From Paragordius varius (lineage: Eukaryota > Animalia > Nematomorpha), in contig OZ176056.1 in assembly GCA_964247055.1 (NCBI GenBank), positions 372,001 through 436,000 on the forward strand: a stretch of DNA of 64,000 nt. The letters run 5' to 3'. The first letter of the stretch is position 1; each line of letters opens with the position of its first letter. The notes below the pieces were generated by a model, which had not been told where the DNA came from, searched no databases, and worked only from the letters and a program-made list of their open reading frames with translations. Shown here one piece after another: positions 57,101 through 64,000 of the stretch. The position numbers and the translations under genes are program-made.

Positions 57101-58063
57101 TTTCATATCCGATTTTTACAACGCTACTTTAAAAATTAATGTGTTAAACTAGTCGCATCAATACTCAAGTTAAACTTTGTCCTTAAAACTCGGATATTGG
57201 TCACCGGTGAACAAAATTATTTTTTCTACATTCTCTTAGTAAGACTACATGAAAATATAGAGATAGTTTGACAAACTCTTTCATATACGATTTTTACAAC
57301 GATACTTTTATAAAATTATTGTATTAAACCAGTCGCATCAATACTCAAGTTAAACTTTGTCCTTAAAAATCGGATATTGGTCACCGGTGAACAAAATTAT
57401 TTTTTATACTCTTAGTAAGACTACATCAAAATATAGAGATAGTTTGACAAACTCCTTCATATCCGATTTTTACAACGATACCTTAAAAATTAATGTATAA
57501 AACTAGTCGTATCAATAAATCGCATCAATAGTCAAGTTAAACTTTTTCCTTAAAAATCGGATATTGGTCACCGGTGAACAAAATTATTTTTTATACATTC
57601 TCTTAGTAGGACTACATCAAAATATAGAGATAGTTTGGCAAACTCTTTCATATCCGATTTTTACAACGATACTTTAAAAATTAATGTATTAAACTAGTCG
57701 CATTAATACTCATAAACTTTGTCCTGGTCACCGGTGAACAAAATTATTTTTTATACACTCTCTTAGCAAGACTACATCAAAATATAGAGATAGTTTGACA
57801 AACTCTTTCATATCCGATTTTTACAACGATACTTTAAAAATTAATGTATAAAACTAGTCGTATCAATAAATAATCAATACTCAAGTTAAACTTTGTCCTT
57901 AAAAATCGGATATTGGTCACCGGTGAACAAAATTATTTTTTATACATTCTCTTAGTAAGACTACATCAAAATATAGAAATAGTTTGACAAACTCTTTCAT
58001 ATCCGATTTTTACAACGATACTTTAAAAATTAATGTATTAAACTAGTCGCATTAATACTCAAG

Positions 58064-61000
58064 TTAAACTTTGTCCTTAAAAATCGGATATTGGTCACCG
58101 GTGAACAAAATTATTTTTTATACTCTTAGTAAGACTACATCAAAATATAGAGATAGTTTGACAAACTCTTTCATATCCGATTTTTACAACGATACTTTAA
58201 AAATTATGGTATTAAACCAGTCGCATCAAAACTCAAGTTAAACTTTTTGCTTAAAAATCGGATATTGGTCACCGGTGAACAAAATTATTTTTTATACTCT
58301 TAGTAAGACTACATCAAAATATAGAGATAGTTTGACAAACTCTTTCATATCCGATTTTTACAACGATACTTTAAAAATTATGCTATTAAACCAGTCGCAT
58401 CAATACTCAAGTTAAACTTTGTCCTTAAAAATCGGATATTGGTCACCGGTGAACAAAATTATTTTTTATACTCTTAGTAAGACTACATCAAAATATAGAG
58501 ATAGTTTGACAAACTCTTTCATATCCGATTTTTACAACGATACTTTAAAAATTATGGTATTAAACCAGTCGCATCAAAACTCAAGTTAAACTTTTTGCTT
58601 AAAAATCGGATATTGGTCACCGGTGAACAAAATTATTTTTTTTAAATTCTCTTAGTAAGACTACATCAAAATATAGAAATAGTTTGACAAACTCTTTCAT
58701 ATCCGATTTTTACAACGATACTTTAAAAATTATGCTATTAAACCAGTCGCATCAATACTCAAGTTAAACTTTGTCCTTAAAAATCGGATATTGGTCACCG
58801 GTGAACAAAATTATTTTTTATACTCTTAGTAAGACTACATCAAAATATAGAGATAGTTTGACAAACTCTTTCATATCCGATTTTTACAACGATACTTTAA
58901 AAATTATGGTATTAAACCAGTCGCATCAAAACTCAAGTTAAACTTTTTGCTTAAAAATCGGATATTGGTCACCGGTGAACAAAATTATTTTTTATACTCT
59001 TAGTAAGACTACATCAAAATATAGAGATAGTTTGACAAACTCTTTCATATCCGATTTTTACAACGATACTTTAAAAATTATGGTATTAAACCAGTCGCAT
59101 CAAAACTCAAGTTAAACTTTTTGCTTAAAAATCGGATATTGGTCACCGGTGAACAAAATTATTTTTTATACATTCTCTTAGTAAGACTACATCAAAATAT
59201 AGAGATAGTTTGACAAACTCTTTCATATCCGATTTTTACAACGATACTTTAAAAATTAATGTGTTAAACTAGTCGCATCAATACTCAAGTTAAACTTTGT
59301 CCTTAAAACTCGGATATTGGTCACCGGTGAACAAAATTATTTTTTCTACATTCTCTTAGTAAGACTACATCAAAATATAGAGATAGTTTGACAAACTCTT
59401 TCATATCCGATTTTTACAACGATACTTTAAAAATTAATGTATAAAACTAGTCGTATCAATAAATCGCATCAATAGTCAAGTTAAACTTTTTCCTTAAAAA
59501 TCGGATATTGGTCACCGGTGAACAAAATTATTTTTTATACATTCTCTTAGTAGGACTACATCAAAATATAGAGATAGTTTGGCAAACTCTTTCATATCCG
59601 ATTTTTACAACGATACTTTAAAAATTAATGTATTAAACTAGTCGCATTAATACTCATAAACTTTGTCCTTAAAATTCGGATATTGGTCACCGGTGAACAA
59701 AATTATTTTTTATACACTCTCTTAGCAAGACTACATCAAAATATAGAGATAGTTTGACAAACTCTTTCATATCCGATTTTTACAACGATACTTTAAAAAT
59801 TAATGTATAAAACTAGTCGTATCAATAAATCGCATCAATACTCAAGTTAAACTTTGTCCTTAAAAATCGGATATTGGTCACCGGTGAACAAAATTATTTT
59901 TTAAACATTCTCTTAGTAAGACTACATCAAAATATAGAAATAGTTTGACAAACTCTTTCATATCCGATTTTTACAACGATACTTTAAAAATTAATGTATT
60001 AAACTAGTCGCATTAATACTCAAGTTAAACTTTGTCCTTAAAAATCGGATATTGGTCACCGGTGAACAAAATTATTTTTTATACTCTTAGTAAGACTACA
60101 TCAAAATATAGAGATAGTTTGACAAACTCTTTCATATCCGATTTTTACAACGATACTTTAAAAATTATGCTATTAAACCAGTCGCATCAATACTCAAGTT
60201 AAACTTTGTCCTTAAAAATCGGATATTGGTCACCGGTGAACAAAATTATTTTTTATACTCTTAGTAAGACTACATCAAAATATAGAGATAGTTTGACAAA
60301 CTCTTTCATATCCGATTTTTACAACGATACTTTAAAAATTATGGTATTAAACCAGTCGCATCAAAACTCAAGTTAAACTTTTTGCTTAAAAATCGGATAT
60401 TGGTCACCGGTGAACAAAATTATTTTTTTTAAATTCTCTTAGTAAGACTACATCAAAATATAGAAATAGTTTGACAAACTCTTTCATATCCGATTTTTAC
60501 AACGATACTTTAAAAATTATGCTATTAAACCAGTCGCATCAATACTCAAGTTAAACTTTGTCCTTAAAAATCGGATATTGGTCACCGGTGAACAAAATTA
60601 TTTTTTATACTCTTAGTAAGACTACATCAAAATATAGAGATAGTTTGACAAACTCTTTCATATCCGATTTTTACAACGATACTTTAAAAATTATGGTATT
60701 AAACCAGTCGCATCAAAACTCAAGTTAAACTTTTTGCTTAAAAATCGGATATTGGTCACCGGTGAACAAAATTATTTTTTATACTCTTAGTAAGACTACA
60801 TCAAAATATAGAGATAGTTTGACAAACTCTTTCATATCCGATTTTTACAACGATACTTTAAAAATTATGGTATTAAACCAGTCGCATCAAAACTCAAGTT
60901 AAACTTTTTGCTTAAAAATCGGATATTGGTCACCGGTGAACAAAATTATTTTTTTTAAATTCTCTTAGTAAGACTACATCAAAATATAGAAATAGTTTGA

Positions 61001-62306
61001 CAAACTCTTTCATATCCGATTTTTACAACGATACTTTAAAAATTATGCTATTAAACCAGTCGCATCAATACTCAAGTTAAACTTTGTCCTTAAAAATCGG
61101 ATATTGGTCACCGGTGAACAAAATTATTTTTTATACTCTTAGTAAGACTACATCAAAATATAGAGATAGTTTGACAAACTCTTTCATATCCGATTTTTAC
61201 AACGATACTTTAAAAATTATGGTATTAAACCAGTCGCATCAAAACTCAAGTTAAACTTTTTGCTTAAAAATCGGATATTGGTCACCGGTGAACAAAATTA
61301 TTTTTTTTACATTCTCTTAGTAAGACTACATCAAAATATAGAAATAGTTTGACAAACTCTTTCATATCCGATTTTTACAACGATACTTTAAAAATTATGG
61401 TATTAAACCAGTCGCATTAATACTCAAGTTAAACTTTGTCCTTAAAAATCGGATATTGGTCACCGGTGAACAAAACTATTTTTTATACTCTTAGTAAGAC
61501 TACATCAAAATATAGAGATAGTTTGACAAACTCTTTCATATCCGATTTTTACAACGATACTTTAAAAATTATGGTATTAAACCAGTCGCATCAAAACTCA
61601 AGTTAAACTTTTTGCTTAAAAATCGGATATTGGTCACCGGTGAACAAAATTATTTTTTATACTCTTAGTAAGACTACATCAAAATATAGAGATAGTTTGA
61701 CAAACTCTTTCATATCCGATTTTTACAACGATACTTTAAAAATTATGGTATTAAACCAGTCGCATCAAAACTCAAGTTAAACTTTTTGCTTAAAAATCGG
61801 ATATTGGTCACCGGTGAACAAAATTATTTTTTTTAAATTCTCTTAGTAAGACTACATCAAAATATAGAAATAGTTTGACAAACTCTTTCATATCCGATTT
61901 TTACAACGATACTTTAAAAATTATGCTATTAAACCAGTCGCATCAATACTCAAGTTAAACTTTGTCCTTAAAAATCGGATATTGGTCACCGGTGAACAAA
62001 ATTATTTTTTATACTCTTAGTAAGACTACATCAAAATATAGAGATAGTTTGACAAACTCTTTCATATCCGATTTTTACAACGATACTTTAAAAATTATGG
62101 TATTAAACCAGTCGCATCAAAACTCAAGTTAAACTTTTTGCTTAAAAATCGGATATTGGTCACCGGTGAACAAAATTATTTTTTTTACATTCTCTTAGTA
62201 AGACTACATCAAAATATAGAAATAGTTTGACAAACTCTTTCATATCCGATTTTTACAACGATACTTTAAAAATTATGGTATTAAACCAGTCGCATTAATA
62301 CTCAAG
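58064..62306. repeat. Homogenised sub-domain dominated by 174-bp monomers; trimers (526 bp) and a 5-mer (878 bp x2)
   Basis: TATACTCTTAG (4-bp deletion), TTATGGT or TTATGCT ends and CATCAAAACTC/TTTTTGCTT recur. 60551-61428 matches 61429-62306. 57350-59111 is re-copied at about 59290-60898. Confidence 0.85.
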
Positions 62307-64000
62307 TTAAACTTTGTCCTTAAAAATCGGATATTGGTCACCGGTGAACAAAACTATTTTTTATACATTCTCTTAGTAAGACTACATCAAAATATAGAGA
62401 TAATTTGACAAACTCTTTCATATCCGATTTTTACAACGATACTTTAAAAATTATGGTATTAAACCAGTCGCATCAATACTCAAGTTAAACTTTGTCCTTA
62501 AAAATCGGATATTGGTCACCGGTGAACAAAATTATATTTTATACATTCTCTTACTAAGGGTACATCAAAATATAGAAATAGTTTGACAAACTCTTTCATA
62601 TCCGATTTTTACAACGATACTTTAAAAATTATGCTATTAAACCAGTCGCATCAATACTCAAGTTAAACTTTGTCCTTAAAAATCGGATATTGGTCACCGG
62701 TGAACAAAATTATTTTTTATACTCTTAGTAAGACTACATCAAAATATAGAGATAGTTTGACAAACTCTTTCATATCCGATTTTTACAACGATACTTTAAA
62801 AATTATGGTATTAAACCAGTCGCATCAATACTCAAGTTAAACTTTGTACTTAAAAATCGGATATTGGTCACCGGTGAACAAAATTATTTTATATACATTC
62901 TCTTAGTAAGACTACATCAAAATATAGAGATAGTTTGACAAACTCTTTCATATGCGATTTTTACAACGATACTTTAAAAATTAATGTATAAAACTAGTCG
63001 TATCAATAAATCGCATCAATACTCAAGTTAAACTTTGTCCTTAAAAATCGGATATTGGTCACCGGTGAACAAAATTATTTTTTATACTCTTAGTAAGACT
63101 ACATCAAAATATAGAGATAGTTTAACAAACTCTTTCATATGCGATTTTTACAACGATACTTTAAAAATTAATGTATTAAACTAGTCGCATTAATACTCAA
63201 GTTAAACTTTGTCCTTAAAATTCGGATATTGGTCACCGGTGAACAAAATTATTTTTTTTACATTCTCTTAGTAAGACTACATCAAAATATAGAGATAGTT
63301 TGACAAACTCTTTCATATCCGATTTTTGCAACGATACTTTAAAAATTATGGTATTAAACCAGTCGCATTAATACTCAAGTTAAACTTTGTCCTTAAAAAT
63401 CTGATATTGGTCACCGGTGAACAAAACTATTTTTTATACATTCTCTTAGTAAGACTACATCAAAATATAGAGATAATTTGACAAACTCTTTCATATCCGA
63501 TTTTTACAACGATATAAAAATTATGGTATTAAACCAGTCGCATCAATACTCAAGTTAAACTTTGTCATTAAAAATCGGATATTGGTCACCGGTAAACAAA
63601 ATTATTTTTTATACATTCTCTTACTAAGACTACATCAAAATATAGAAATAGTTTGACAAACTCTTTCATATCCGATTTTTACAACGATACTTTAAAAATT
63701 ATGCTATTAAACCAGTCGCATCAATACTCAAGTTAAACTTTGTCCTTAAAAATCGGATATTGGTCACCGGTGAACATAATTATTTTTTATACTCTTAGTA
63801 AGACTACATCAAAATATAGAGATAGTTTGACAAACTCTTTCATATCCGATTTTTACAACGATACTTTAAAAATTATGGTATTAAACCAGTCGCATCAATA
63901 CTCAAGTTAAACTTTGTCCTTAAAAATCGGATATTGGTCACCGGTGAACAAAATTATTTTATATACATTCTCTTAGTAAGACTACATCAAAATATAGAGA

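Larger units (their letters stand above)
1..64000. repeat. AT-rich tandem satellite DNA array, 178-bp monomer, about 357 head-to-tail copies, family not recognised
   Basis: The same unit (TTAAACTTTGTCCTTAAAAATCGGATATTGGTCACCGGTGAACAAAA...TCGCATCAATACTCAAG) recurs continuously. Monomer starts include 1, 192, 370, 548, 739, 917 ... 63555, 63733, 63907, with spacings mostly 178, 191 or 174 bp. All copies are in the same orientation and I saw no unique sequence. Confidence 0.98.

Noticed and set aside
1-64000. CRISPR array
   Set aside because: There are no unique spacers; the entire 178-bp unit is repeated, and no cas genes are present.
1-64000. Arabidopsis CEN178/CEN180 or primate alpha-satellite identity
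   Set aside because: Only the length is similar. The sequence is far more AT-rich and lacks the HindIII-type AAGCTT motifs I recall for CEN178. I see no alpha-satellite resemblance.
1-64000. Phased A-tract curvature at 10.5-bp periodicity
   Set aside because: A/T tracts begin at about monomer 16, 44, 51, 83, 122, 140 and 154. The spacings are not consistent multiples of a helical turn by eye; a curvature calculation would be needed.
1-64000. Transposon insertion, array inversion, telomeric repeats, rRNA or tRNA genes
   Set aside because: Every segment read aligns to the monomer in the same orientation. I saw no TTAGG/TTAGGG/TTTAGGG tracts and no structural-RNA motifs.

Overview
The whole 64-kb window is one uninterrupted, head-to-tail, single-orientation tandem satellite array; it runs off both ends. 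The monomer is 178 bp and about 27-28% GC (49 G+C in 178 by hand count). I counted about 357 monomers by hand. Common length variants are 191 bp (13-bp internal duplication, about 64 copies) and 174 bp (4-bp deletion); smaller numbers are 172-180 bp, and single deletion monomers are 153-164 bp. I found no gene, RNA gene, CRISPR array, transposase, inversion or non-satellite insertion, and both supplied ORFs are chance read-through of the repeat. I do not recognise the family or the organism. Three kinds of structure stand out. (1) The monomer is rich in dyads: a perfect 14-bp inverted repeat, a second 11-bp inverted repeat, an 18-bp quasi-palindrome and several short hairpins. (2) Several deletions and substitutions track those dyads. 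They remove an arm, remove a hairpin tip symmetrically, or perfect a palindrome, which suggests structure-driven mutagenesis. (3) The array is a patchwork of short-lived higher-order repeats (periods about 547, 1969, 2488, 2516, 1816, 1270, 1091 and 878 bp), with a sharp haplotype boundary near 31.74 kb and a 174-bp-monomer takeover at 58-62 kb. All counts and alignments were done by eye and need computational confirmation. Centromeric or heterochromatic function is only an inference.
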